Source: Calditrichia bacterium
GTDB taxonomy: Bacteria > Calditrichota > Calditrichia > RBG-13-44-9 > J075
Direction of reading: 5' to 3'
Assembly (NCBI GenBank): GCA_050633245.1
Contig: JBOEGD010000001.1
Coordinates: 240,463 to 304,462 of the forward strand
Length of the DNA: 64,000 nt
Made by a program: the position numbers and the translations under genes. The notes under the pieces were generated by a model. That model was not told where the DNA came from. It ran no database searches and saw only the letters and a list, made by a program, of their open reading frames with translations. This document shows positions 28,580 through 37,656 of the stretch, in pieces (the first letter of the stretch is position 1; every line of letters begins with the position of its first letter).

Positions 28580-30013
28580 ATGAATATCAATCTTACGAGT
28601 AGAAATGCCAAGATTGTTTGTACGCTTGGCCCCAGCAGCCGTAGTTATGACATGGTGCGATCTCTTGCCCTTGCAGGTATGAATGTCGCACGTGTAAACT
28701 TTTCTCATGGAACGCATAAGCAGCATAAGGAACTTATTGAGACTGTTCGAAAAGTATCACGCGACATCGATCGTCCCATTGCCGTTTTGCAGGATCTTCA
28801 GGGCCCGAAAATTCGCGTCGGAAAATTTGCTGATGATGAGATTGAACTTGTGCAGGATAAAACGTTTACCTTAACGGTTCGCGAGGTAGAGGGAAACAGT
28901 GAACGCGTTTCTGTATCTCACAAAGCCTTTAATCGCGATGTAAAGGAAGGCGATCCGGTGCTGCTTGATGATGGCCGCTTAAAGCTTCTGGTTCGTCGAA
29001 TCGATGGTCCGGATGTACACTGCGAAGTTATTTACGGTGGAACGCTAAGCAACCATAAAGGCATTAATTTGCCGGGCTCTATTTTGTCCATTCCCTGCTT
29101 AACCCCGAAAGATGAGCTGGATCTGGAGTTTGGCCTCGATAATGATGTCGATTATATCGCTCTGTCTTTTGTGCAGAAGCCGGAAGATATTGATGAGATA
29201 AAAGAACGGATTGCCTCTCGTGGTAAAGATATACCCGTTGTTGCGAAGATCGAAAAGCCCCAAGCGGTAGCGGCAATTGACGAGATTGCAGACCGCACCG
29301 ATGTTATTATGATTGCTCGTGGTGATTTAGGTGTTGAAATTCCTACCGAGGAAGTGCCGCATATTCAGAAGGAAATTATTTCGACATGTAACATTAAAGG
29401 CGTTCCGGTAATTACTGCTACCCAAATGTTGGATTCGATGATTCAAAATCCACGTCCGACACGTGCAGAAGCATCAGACGTTGCCAACGCGATACTCGAT
29501 GGTTCAGACGCCGTGATGCTCTCCGGTGAAACAGCTACCGGAGCTTATCCGCTTGAAGCAGTGCAAACGATGGATCGCATTATCACGCTCATGGAAGCAC
29601 GCAATTCTCCTCGTTGGGACTTAAAACGTCGCAAGCGCGGCGTAACGTATACCACTCCTTATGCCATTGGTTATTCGGCATGTCATGCAGCAGATTTAGT
29701 CGATGGTGCAGCGATTATTTGTCTGACGCAAACGGGCTCAACAGCGCGCATGATCGCCCGCTTTCGCCCAGGGAAACCGATAATTGCCCTTACTCCACGA
29801 GCGGAAACCTATAATCGAATGGCGTTAATGTGGGGAGTTTACGCCGTATTTGCCGATGAATTTCAAGATAGTACCTACAAGACGATTGCAAACCTGAAGG
29901 AAGAGCTGATTAACGGTGGGAACTTAAATGAAGGCGACACCATTGTTATTACGGCCGGCTTTCCATTCCATCAACGTCCTCATACCAATATGATGCGTAT
30001 CGAATCTGTTTAG
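28580..30013 (+). CDS. pyk: Pyruvate kinase
   Basis: KIVCTLGP, ARVNFSHG, DLQGPKIR, AKIEK, MIARGDLG, TATQMLDSM, PTRAEASDVANA, MLSGETA. Confidence 0.98.
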   Translation: MNINLTSRNAKIVCTLGPSSRSYDMVRSLALAGMNVARVNFSHGTHKQHKELIETVRKVSRDIDRPIAVLQDLQGPKIRVGKFADDEIELVQDKTFTLTVREVEGNSERVSVSHKAFNRDVKEGDPVLLDDGRLKLLVRRIDGPDVHCEVIYGGTLSNHKGINLPGSILSIPCLTPKDELDLEFGLDNDVDYIALSFVQKPEDIDEIKERIASRGKDIPVVAKIEKPQAVAAIDEIADRTDVIMIARGDLGVEIPTEEVPHIQKEIISTCNIKGVPVITATQMLDSMIQNPRPTRAEASDVANAILDGSDAVMLSGETATGAYPLEAVQTMDRIITLMEARNSPRWDLKRRKRGVTYTTPYAIGYSACHAADLVDGAAIICLTQTGSTARMIARFRPGKPIIALTPRAETYNRMALMWGVYAVFADEFQDSTYKTIANLKEELINGGNLNEGDTIVITAGFPFHQRPHTNMMRIESV

Positions 30014-30181
30014 GTCCATTGGTTGTCTCCGCCCTCCGAACTTGCTTCGAGAGGGTGGAATGTGTATCTTAATCCGATGCCAATAGGATAGCATATTGTA
30101 TTGGCTGTAGGGAATGATTTAAGATTTCCTACGCTGTTTGCCTTCTTCTCAAAAAGACAATCAATCACCTGGAGAACCGGT

Positions 30182-31585
30182 ATGGCGAAGCTCAAGCTTG
30201 CGTATATATTCTGTCTATGTACCGCACTGGGAAGTCTTTGTGAAGATTTGCATGCGCAATCCCGTCCTTTCGATAATTTCAATTTTCGCAATTTTCGCAT
30301 GTCCTTGGCTGTTCAAACAGCAAGACCGGCATCAATGGGCGGTGCAGCAATTGCCTCCACCGGAGACCCGGTTACCGGAGTCATAAATCCTGCCAGTCTC
30401 ACTGCAATAACTCGCCCGGTTTTTACTTCCAGTCATCGTATGACGATATCACAGATTGAGGAGCCTTCCTACAACTGTAATAATGCCGGGCGACGCACAA
30501 CTGAAGACGACTTTTTGATAGACCTTTCTCATGCCGCGAATGTGTATCCATACAAATATTTACGTATGTCGGCTTTTCGCGAGCTTGTTGCTAACGACCG
30601 TTACACATTTCGAAGCTATCGTCCCTTTGATACCGGTGGAACGCCAGAAGCTCTTCTAAGAAGCAATGCTCCGAGCCGCCGTACGAATGCAAGGCTGAGC
30701 ATTGTTGATAATGGCGGTGCTATAGGTATTCGCATGTCACGTAAGATTAGTATCGGGGCGCTCCTGCGAATTACGCGCTTCGACTATGAATTGCAGGAAG
30801 GTCGCTTCTTTGCCAGCGAATACCATAATGAGACAGTTGGCTGTGTGCGAAGTGAGCTGGTTGCAGAAAACTTGTATCTCAATCAAACCATTGATGAACG
30901 AGCCTGGGGGCTGGGATTTGGATTGGGTGCAACCTTTCTAGTAAATGATGAGCTTACCCTTGGTTTGATTTTTCACAACCGCCCTTCTTTTAAGCTGAAA
31001 TCCAGAATTTATCAACCGCTCTATGAAGTGCGTCAAATAAGTGGTCAGGATACCAGCCTTACCGTATTGGGAGCACGTGATGATACGGCTACCGTGGCAA
31101 ATTTTAACATTCCGGATAACCTTGGTTTAGGTTTTCACTATAAAGTTTCCTCATCTTTAAAGGTCGCTGCAGATGTGGTGTTTATCGAATATCGCAACCT
31201 AATTAGTGGCGACGCCAATTTGGATTTAGAGCAGGATAATTCACCAACCGACCCCGATGGCCTGCCAGATTTGGAACTAAGCTCCGGCATTCATATTAAG
31301 GATTGGCAATTGCATTTTCGGGCGGGTATCGAGTTTATTTTAAGTCTGCGTGAAAAGCGTTGGCGCATTCCGCTGCGGGTGGGTTATGCCTATGAACCTG
31401 CTCATGTCCTTCATGCAGCCAACGAAAATGAGTCCTTGCGCCAATCATTTCCGCGCGAGCTGACGAAACATCACATTACAGCTGGCAGTGGTTTTTTTCT
31501 CGGTAAGCGCTTGCGCTTGGATGGTGCGCTAAATGTTGCACGAAATTTTGTTGAGCTTTCCTCTTCAGCGGTATTCATCCTCTAG
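30182..31585 (+). CDS. FadL/OmpP1-like (PorV-like N-terminus) outer-membrane beta-barrel
   Basis: Signal peptide; ARPASMGGAAIA..GD....INPASL hatch motif; amphipathic strands (IPDNLGLGFHY, PLRVGYAYEP, HHITAGSGF). GGAG RBS. Confidence 0.75.
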   Translation: MAKLKLAYIFCLCTALGSLCEDLHAQSRPFDNFNFRNFRMSLAVQTARPASMGGAAIASTGDPVTGVINPASLTAITRPVFTSSHRMTISQIEEPSYNCNNAGRRTTEDDFLIDLSHAANVYPYKYLRMSAFRELVANDRYTFRSYRPFDTGGTPEALLRSNAPSRRTNARLSIVDNGGAIGIRMSRKISIGALLRITRFDYELQEGRFFASEYHNETVGCVRSELVAENLYLNQTIDERAWGLGFGLGATFLVNDELTLGLIFHNRPSFKLKSRIYQPLYEVRQISGQDTSLTVLGARDDTATVANFNIPDNLGLGFHYKVSSSLKVAADVVFIEYRNLISGDANLDLEQDNSPTDPDGLPDLELSSGIHIKDWQLHFRAGIEFILSLREKRWRIPLRVGYAYEPAHVLHAANENESLRQSFPRELTKHHITAGSGFFLGKRLRLDGALNVARNFVELSSSAVFIL

Positions 31586-31586
31586 T

Positions 31587-33701
31587 ATGAGAATGTTTAT
31601 GACAGATTGGCGACGAAACATATTTCTATGCACCTGTTTTGCTCTTCTTCTGGCCCCGACTTTATTGTGCGCACAGGAATGGGAGAACTGGCACGATGCG
31701 TATCGTAAAGGTCTTGAAGAAGTGGCCAACAGCCAGTGGGAACAGGTACTTGTTGCCATGGAGGGCGCGATTGCACTAAAGCCCAATCCGCAGCAGGAAG
31801 TTGAGATGTACGCATTGCACTATGTCGATTACTTACCATTTTATTGGTCCGGAGTCGCATCTTACAACCTCGGAAAATGGCAACAGGCACGTTCATTTTT
31901 TCAAACGTCTCAACAAAAAGGCGCAGTTCGTGGTTCTGGAGTCGCATCCAGCTTAGCTCGCTATAATACTCTCATTGCCGAATACACTGAATTAGCGGCA
32001 AATGTCAGTCGTTTGAAAGCTGCTTCACCAGCGGAAGAAATTTCCGATAATCGACTAAGCAATGAGCAGCTACAGTCCCTCCGCAATTATATCCGCGATA
32101 AGAAATTTGTTGAAGCACAACGCCTGATTCAGGCACACCAGGCCCTCGTCGGCAGTTCTGAACTGTCTGCAACTATTTTGGATTTGCTGAATAGTCAGCT
32201 GGAAAAACCCGCTGTTGTTGCGTCGCCGCCTCCAATTCAGAATGAGAACTTTAACAGAGCGCTCAATTCTTTTTTGTTAGGGGACTATGAAGACGCACTG
32301 CGGCGTTTTAACCGTGTTGCATCCCAGACTCCAAACTTCCAGGGAGTGGGCAACTGGATTCGCCGAACGCGTGAAGAGTTGAATCGTCTGGGTGTAGACC
32401 CAGACCAGGTGCAGGTTGTGCGTGACACCGTTCAGGTGAGTAGCGAACCACTAATAACATTTGCAAATACGCCGGAAAAAGTGCGTAGCGATTCTGTTCG
32501 TCTTATCTGTAGTGTGCTGGATGACCTTGGCGTGGATCGCATTGAAATACGCGTTTCCGGAAGTCCGCTGCTGGATAGCGCGGGAGAACCGGTAATTATT
32601 CGCCCCCCGGATTCACTGTCCAGACGTGGGTTTGGTTTTGCGCTGGCAGTGCCGCTGCGTATGGGAGACAATGAAATCGTTGCTATTGCCCATGATATTG
32701 ACTCTCCACCGCATCAATCTGCATATCCAATTACAATTCGACGCAATCTTCCGATATACAAAACTCCGCTTTTCTGGGGCAGCCTGATCTTTGTGGCTCT
32801 GCTCGCTCTTGCCGCTTGGCTGTTAAACCGTAAATTGAAGCGTCGAATAGCCTTTGTCAGCCGCTACAATCCTTATATTGCCGGTGCGCCGATTCGCAAT
32901 GAAGAGATGTTTTTCGGGCGCGATCGTCTGATGGCAAGAATTATCAATACTCTGCATAATAACAGTCTTATGTTGCACGGACCGCGCCGAATAGGCAAGA
33001 CTTCACTACTTCACCAGCTAAGCGAGAAGCTCGATAAAGATGCGGATCGCGACTATTATTACGTGCCGGTTTTTATCGACTTGCAGGGAGTTGAAGAGCG
33101 AAAGTTTTTTCTTCATTTAATGCAGGATATTGCAGAGAAATGTCGCCCACTGGTTAATGAGGAACTTGAACTTCGATTTGATAATATTAAGAACGAATAC
33201 ACGCCTCGTGATTTTGGCGTGGATATTCAAAAAATTCTCGCCGGTCTTAAGCCGCGCACCAAACGTACGCTGAGGTTGGTCTTGTTGATAGATGAAGTCG
33301 ATCAGCTGAATTCCTATTCAGAGAAGGCCAATCAGAAGCTGCGCAGCATTTTTATGAAATCGTATGCCGAAGATTTGGTGGCCATCATGTCGGGGAGTTA
33401 TATCCGAACGCATTGGGAAAGCGAAGGCAGCCCGTGGTATAATTTTTTTGAGCAGATTGAGGTGAGCGGTATTAATGAAGAGCAGGCACGCGAGCTGATT
33501 AATAAGCCGGTGCGCGGCATCTTTACCTATGATGAGGCTGCAATAGAGCGGATTTTGCATTATGGAGAGGGCGTTCCATATCGTATTCAGAGACTCTGTG
33601 TAAATGCAATCGGGAGGTTAATTGAAGAACGAAGGACGAACGTGACAATTGAGGATATCGAAATTGTTAAGAATGTGCTATTCTCAGGAGAGGATGAATG
33701 A
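31587..33701 (+). CDS. Single-pass membrane protein: periplasmic TPR + Ig-like region, cytoplasmic STAND-like P-loop ATPase
   Basis: Signal peptide; TPR-like helices; beta-rich segment (VPLRMGDNEIVAIAHD); TM LFWGSLIFVALLALAAWLL then NRKLKRR; NPYIAGAPI..FFGRD, Walker A GPRRIGKTS, Walker B LLIDEVD, EGVPYRIQRLC. Confidence 0.88.
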   Translation: MRMFMTDWRRNIFLCTCFALLLAPTLLCAQEWENWHDAYRKGLEEVANSQWEQVLVAMEGAIALKPNPQQEVEMYALHYVDYLPFYWSGVASYNLGKWQQARSFFQTSQQKGAVRGSGVASSLARYNTLIAEYTELAANVSRLKAASPAEEISDNRLSNEQLQSLRNYIRDKKFVEAQRLIQAHQALVGSSELSATILDLLNSQLEKPAVVASPPPIQNENFNRALNSFLLGDYEDALRRFNRVASQTPNFQGVGNWIRRTREELNRLGVDPDQVQVVRDTVQVSSEPLITFANTPEKVRSDSVRLICSVLDDLGVDRIEIRVSGSPLLDSAGEPVIIRPPDSLSRRGFGFALAVPLRMGDNEIVAIAHDIDSPPHQSAYPITIRRNLPIYKTPLFWGSLIFVALLALAAWLLNRKLKRRIAFVSRYNPYIAGAPIRNEEMFFGRDRLMARIINTLHNNSLMLHGPRRIGKTSLLHQLSEKLDKDADRDYYYVPVFIDLQGVEERKFFLHLMQDIAEKCRPLVNEELELRFDNIKNEYTPRDFGVDIQKILAGLKPRTKRTLRLVLLIDEVDQLNSYSEKANQKLRSIFMKSYAEDLVAIMSGSYIRTHWESEGSPWYNFFEQIEVSGINEEQARELINKPVRGIFTYDEAAIERILHYGEGVPYRIQRLCVNAIGRLIEERRTNVTIEDIEIVKNVLFSGEDE

Positions 33702-35602
33702 AGAATCCGTATGTTGCCGGAAACTGGGTGCGCGGAGAACGCTTCTTTGGGCGAGCAGCCTTGCTTGAAGAAATCCTTCAGGGAGAGCGCGTCGCTATTT
33801 GGGTCGCTGGAACACGTCGTCTGGGAAAGACCTCTTTGCTGAAACAGCTTGAATATCTCTGCGGTTCAGAAAGTCAATCTGCCGACTACATCAGCTTGTT
33901 TTGGGACTTACAGGGAGCAGGAGATCTTGCGGGATTAAAAGACTCGCTGGTTGAAAGTATTGAAGATAATGAAGAGGTATTCTCAAAAATTGGTGTGTTA
34001 ATAGAAGATGTTGAAAAGCTTGATCTTTTTGATATCCTCAGATCTCTAAAAAGATCTGCCCGCCGTGCCGGGAGAAAGCTGCTTTTATTATGCGATGAGT
34101 GTGAAGAACTGATTAATATCGAAAAAGCAGATCCGAGTTCGATACCAAAGTTACGGCGCGCGCTACAAAGTGGTGAGTCGATAAAAACTGTTTTCATGGC
34201 CACGAAGCGATTATTGAGGCTGGGTAGTGCATCTCAATCGGAAACTTCGCCATTCTTACATGGACTGATTCCACCGCTCTATCTGGGGCCGCTCGATGCA
34301 TCTTCTGCGGAAGAACTATTGTCCAATGGTAACATCTCTTCTGCAAATGGCGCACTTGTTGTTGAAAAAACCGGAAGACATCCCTTTCTTATGCAGTTGA
34401 TGTGTCGTCGTCTTTTTGAAGAACCGGATATCGAAAAGGTCATTGCTGAAATGAGTAATGATGTTATGCTCGACAGCTTTTTCCGGGTAGATTTTAACTT
34501 TCTTGATGACATCGAAAAAACAATTTTAAGCTATGTTTTAGAAAATAGGGATACAACTGCCGAGCGTTTGCAAGAGCAGAGTCGTTTCCGGCAGGAGAAT
34601 ATATCTCAACGTCTTCATGGGCTTATAAATCTTGGCTATCTGCGTCTTGAAAACGATTGCGTGTCAATCGTAAACTATTTTTTCCATAACTGGCTACAGC
34701 GGGAAAAAGAACTTCTCTTTGAAGGCCTGCCTGTGGACGAGCAAAACGCGTCGTCTTCCAACGGGCACGAATCTGCTGCTGCTGAACAACTGTTGCATTA
34801 CAAAATTATTGAGCTGCTCGGCACGGGCGGAATGGGAAAAGTGTATCGTGCTTTTGATGAACGGCTCGAGCGCGAAGTTGCCCTGAAATGTATGTTGGAA
34901 GAAGCGGCACAAGATAAAGAGTTTCGTGAGCGTTTCTTAATTGAAGCTCGTGCCGCGTCAGCATTAAATCACCCCAATATTGCCACCGTATATGCAATCG
35001 AAGATGATGCAGGCAGCCCGTTTATCAGTATGGAATTGGTTAGCGGGGTTTCACTTTCAGACTGGTATGTGCAGAATAAGCCGGATCTGGCGATGAAATT
35101 AATTGTGATGAATCAGATGGCTGCTGCGGTTTACGCAGCGCATTCCAATGATATTGTGCACCGCGACCTGAAACCAGAAAATATACTCGTTTCGGAAGAC
35201 AATCACGTTAAAGTGATGGACTTTGGACTGGCAAAAATGATGTCCAGAGACAGAGCAATGCTGACGCAAACCGGAACGACTTTGGGAACTTTGGCATATA
35301 TGTCTCCCGAGCAGGTTTCCGGAGTGTCTGTGGATAACCGCAGCGATATTTTTTCGCTGGGGATTGTTTTCTATGAGCTTTTGGCGGAGTGTGGGCCATA
35401 TCGTGCTGAAAATGAAGCAGCACTGGTTTTGGCAATTCTTCAACAACAGATGCCATCGTTCAACGATCTGCGAATCGACCTGCCTGATGAGCTGGGAATT
35501 TTACTGGACAGTATGCTGATTCGCGATTTAGGAAGCCGATGTCAGCAGCTCACAGAAATCTGTGAACTTCTCAGTGTGTTGTCTGCCCGTCAAACCTCCT
35601 GA
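33698..35602 (+). CDS. STAND-like ATPase - winged-helix-like region - C-terminal Ser/Thr kinase
   Basis: NPYVAG..FFGR, GTRRLGKTS, LLCDECE, GRHPFLMQLMC; kinase motifs LGTGGMGKVY, VALK, HPNI, HRDLKPEN, DFG, GTLAYMSPEQ, SDIFSLG. ATGA overlap with the upstream gene. Confidence 0.92.
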   Translation: MKNPYVAGNWVRGERFFGRAALLEEILQGERVAIWVAGTRRLGKTSLLKQLEYLCGSESQSADYISLFWDLQGAGDLAGLKDSLVESIEDNEEVFSKIGVLIEDVEKLDLFDILRSLKRSARRAGRKLLLLCDECEELINIEKADPSSIPKLRRALQSGESIKTVFMATKRLLRLGSASQSETSPFLHGLIPPLYLGPLDASSAEELLSNGNISSANGALVVEKTGRHPFLMQLMCRRLFEEPDIEKVIAEMSNDVMLDSFFRVDFNFLDDIEKTILSYVLENRDTTAERLQEQSRFRQENISQRLHGLINLGYLRLENDCVSIVNYFFHNWLQREKELLFEGLPVDEQNASSSNGHESAAAEQLLHYKIIELLGTGGMGKVYRAFDERLEREVALKCMLEEAAQDKEFRERFLIEARAASALNHPNIATVYAIEDDAGSPFISMELVSGVSLSDWYVQNKPDLAMKLIVMNQMAAAVYAAHSNDIVHRDLKPENILVSEDNHVKVMDFGLAKMMSRDRAMLTQTGTTLGTLAYMSPEQVSGVSVDNRSDIFSLGIVFYELLAECGPYRAENEAALVLAILQQQMPSFNDLRIDLPDELGILLDSMLIRDLGSRCQQLTEICELLSVLSARQTS

Positions 35603-36897
35603 GTGGGAAGCACTATTATAACAGCAGTTCCGTTAATACCATCGCTTTTTACTTCAATGGTGCCATTATGTTCTGTAACTATTTGATGGCAAATTGGCAA
35701 ACCGAGTCCATTTCCTACCCCAACACCCTTACTGGTAAAACCGGGATCGAATATTTTTGCTAAATGCTCTGATGGAATTCCGCTTCCGTCGTCTTCAAAG
35801 GTAAGAATAAATGTGTCGTCTTTAAATATACTTGAAACAGTAACGGTGCCGTCATTTTCAATTGCCTGACAAGAATTGAGTAAAATATTCATAAAGACCT
35901 GATTTAACTGCGCAGGGCGGCAGAATAATTCGGGTAGCTCGTCGAGATGAGTTTTTATGCTTACCCGATCCTTGTATTGCTGACTGATTAAAGTAATGCT
36001 GCTGTTTATGCCATCATTCAGGTTTACAGATTTTTGTTCTTCTTCATCAAGGCGGGCAAAATTTCGCAAGGCCTTTACAACTGTTGAGATACGATTACAA
36101 GCATCCAGACTTACTTGCGCGACACTCCGGAGCATGTCGGAAGTTTTTTCCGCTTTCTCTGGAGCGCTTTGAATTTGTTCGCGCAGCTTTTCGAATCCAC
36201 GTTTAAACAGATCCATATTGCTGCTAAGAGATCCGAGTGGGGTATTGAGTTCGTGGGCGATACCTGCGACCAATTGCCCAAGAGAAGCCATTTTTTCCGT
36301 TTGAACGAGCTGCAGCTGAGCATTACGCAATTCTTTAGTCCGCTGCTCTACTTTTTCTTCCAGTCCGGTATTTAGCAGATGGATTTCTTTGTAATTGCGT
36401 GCGTTTTCAATTGCAATAGCCGCAAGGTTAGCAAAAGATTCAAGAAAAGGGAGTGTGGTTTCGCCGAAGAAGTGATCGGGTTGTGTGGTGTCCAGATAAA
36501 TGGTGCCGAGTAGGCGGGCCCGAAAATGTAGCGGAACGCATGCAACGGATTTTAGCTTGAAGCGCATCATGCTTTTGGTGGCAGTGCCTTCTTGCGTATC
36601 TGGCAGATTTTGCAACAGTACTGCTTTTCCTTCACGCTCAACCTGTTCAATAACACTTTTACTGATTGCCATCGCACTTGTAATGTGCTCTTTTTCCATT
36701 GAACGAGCAACCTGCAGATCTGTATTACCATCACAACCACGAAGCAGGAGCAATCCCTTCTCCGCCTTTAAAAGAGCCACTGCCTGATCCATAATCGAGT
36801 CAAGAAGTTTGTCCAGATCTAACTCTGAGTTAATAGCCTGGCTTACCTCGTATAAGGTTTGCAGCTGTAGAGCATCAATAGAAGACGTTGAGGACAT
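35590..36897 (-). CDS. GAF-domain sensor histidine kinase
   Basis: GAF (SVACVPL..LGTIYLD..ANLAAIAIENAR), H-box VAGIAHELNTP, N, G1 DDGSGI, G2 GNGLGL. Confidence 0.93.
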   Translation of the reverse strand: MSSTSSIDALQLQTLYEVSQAINSELDLDKLLDSIMDQAVALLKAEKGLLLLRGCDGNTDLQVARSMEKEHITSAMAISKSVIEQVEREGKAVLLQNLPDTQEGTATKSMMRFKLKSVACVPLHFRARLLGTIYLDTTQPDHFFGETTLPFLESFANLAAIAIENARNYKEIHLLNTGLEEKVEQRTKELRNAQLQLVQTEKMASLGQLVAGIAHELNTPLGSLSSNMDLFKRGFEKLREQIQSAPEKAEKTSDMLRSVAQVSLDACNRISTVVKALRNFARLDEEEQKSVNLNDGINSSITLISQQYKDRVSIKTHLDELPELFCRPAQLNQVFMNILLNSCQAIENDGTVTVSSIFKDDTFILTFEDDGSGIPSEHLAKIFDPGFTSKGVGVGNGLGLPICHQIVTEHNGTIEVKSDGINGTAVIIVLPTQEV

Positions 36898-37284
36898 GGC
36901 AACCTTACATTAAGATGGTGGCGCAAGATTGAGAATTTTGTATTAGTAAGGAAATCTACTCTTTCGCCGAAGAAAAGTCAAGTCACCCTTAGGGGTAACA
37001 AGTGATAAAAATAACAATAGACAAATTGCCATTCAGGACTTATATTCTACTGTCTTGTAGTTAATTTTAAAAATGTCCCTATGATAATAATGCTCCACAT
37101 TTCTGAGCTGTCGCAGATTACATATTCGGTATGTAGCAAAGGCACGTTCATGAAATTATGCAATCTATCTCTCCGATAGGTTGATATATCCCTGCTGTAA
37201 GGCCGTATACCTGTCATCAAAATTGATGTGGTTTTCTATACACTATTTTTGTGAGGTAGTTTTGTAGAAGCAGTCCAAAAGTTT

Positions 37285-37351
37285 GGCTTGATCCCCTCCT
37301 GCCATTTGAGAGCGTGAACTCATTGTCAATGGGTAGGAGGGGGATCTTGCC
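37285..37351. other. Long imperfect GC-rich stem-loop in divergent intergenic region
   Basis: GATCCCCTCCTGCCATTTGA pairs with TCAATGGGTAGGAGGGGGATC; inner hairpin GAG-AGCGTGAA-CTC. Confidence 0.5.
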
Positions 37352-37656
37352 ACGAAAGAGGGTTCGCTGACAATCTTGTAAACTTTATTCTATAAACGGG
37401 TGGATCACATCACATGCCTGTTTGCTTCTTTTTTAATTCCCACCTGAAGATTTAATTACATAATCGACGCTCCGATTAAAAGGTTAGGTGAAAAAACTCT
37501 TTTCATTCTTATGTAGAGTACAATTCTCCGGACACTTTCTTAAGACAATCTGGAAATTAGCCAATGGAAAGATTCTGCTGACGTTGTATATTAGCAGGTC
37601 TTTAATTACACAACCGAACACAGCTTTTATTTGTTGAAGTAGAACCGGAGATTCTT

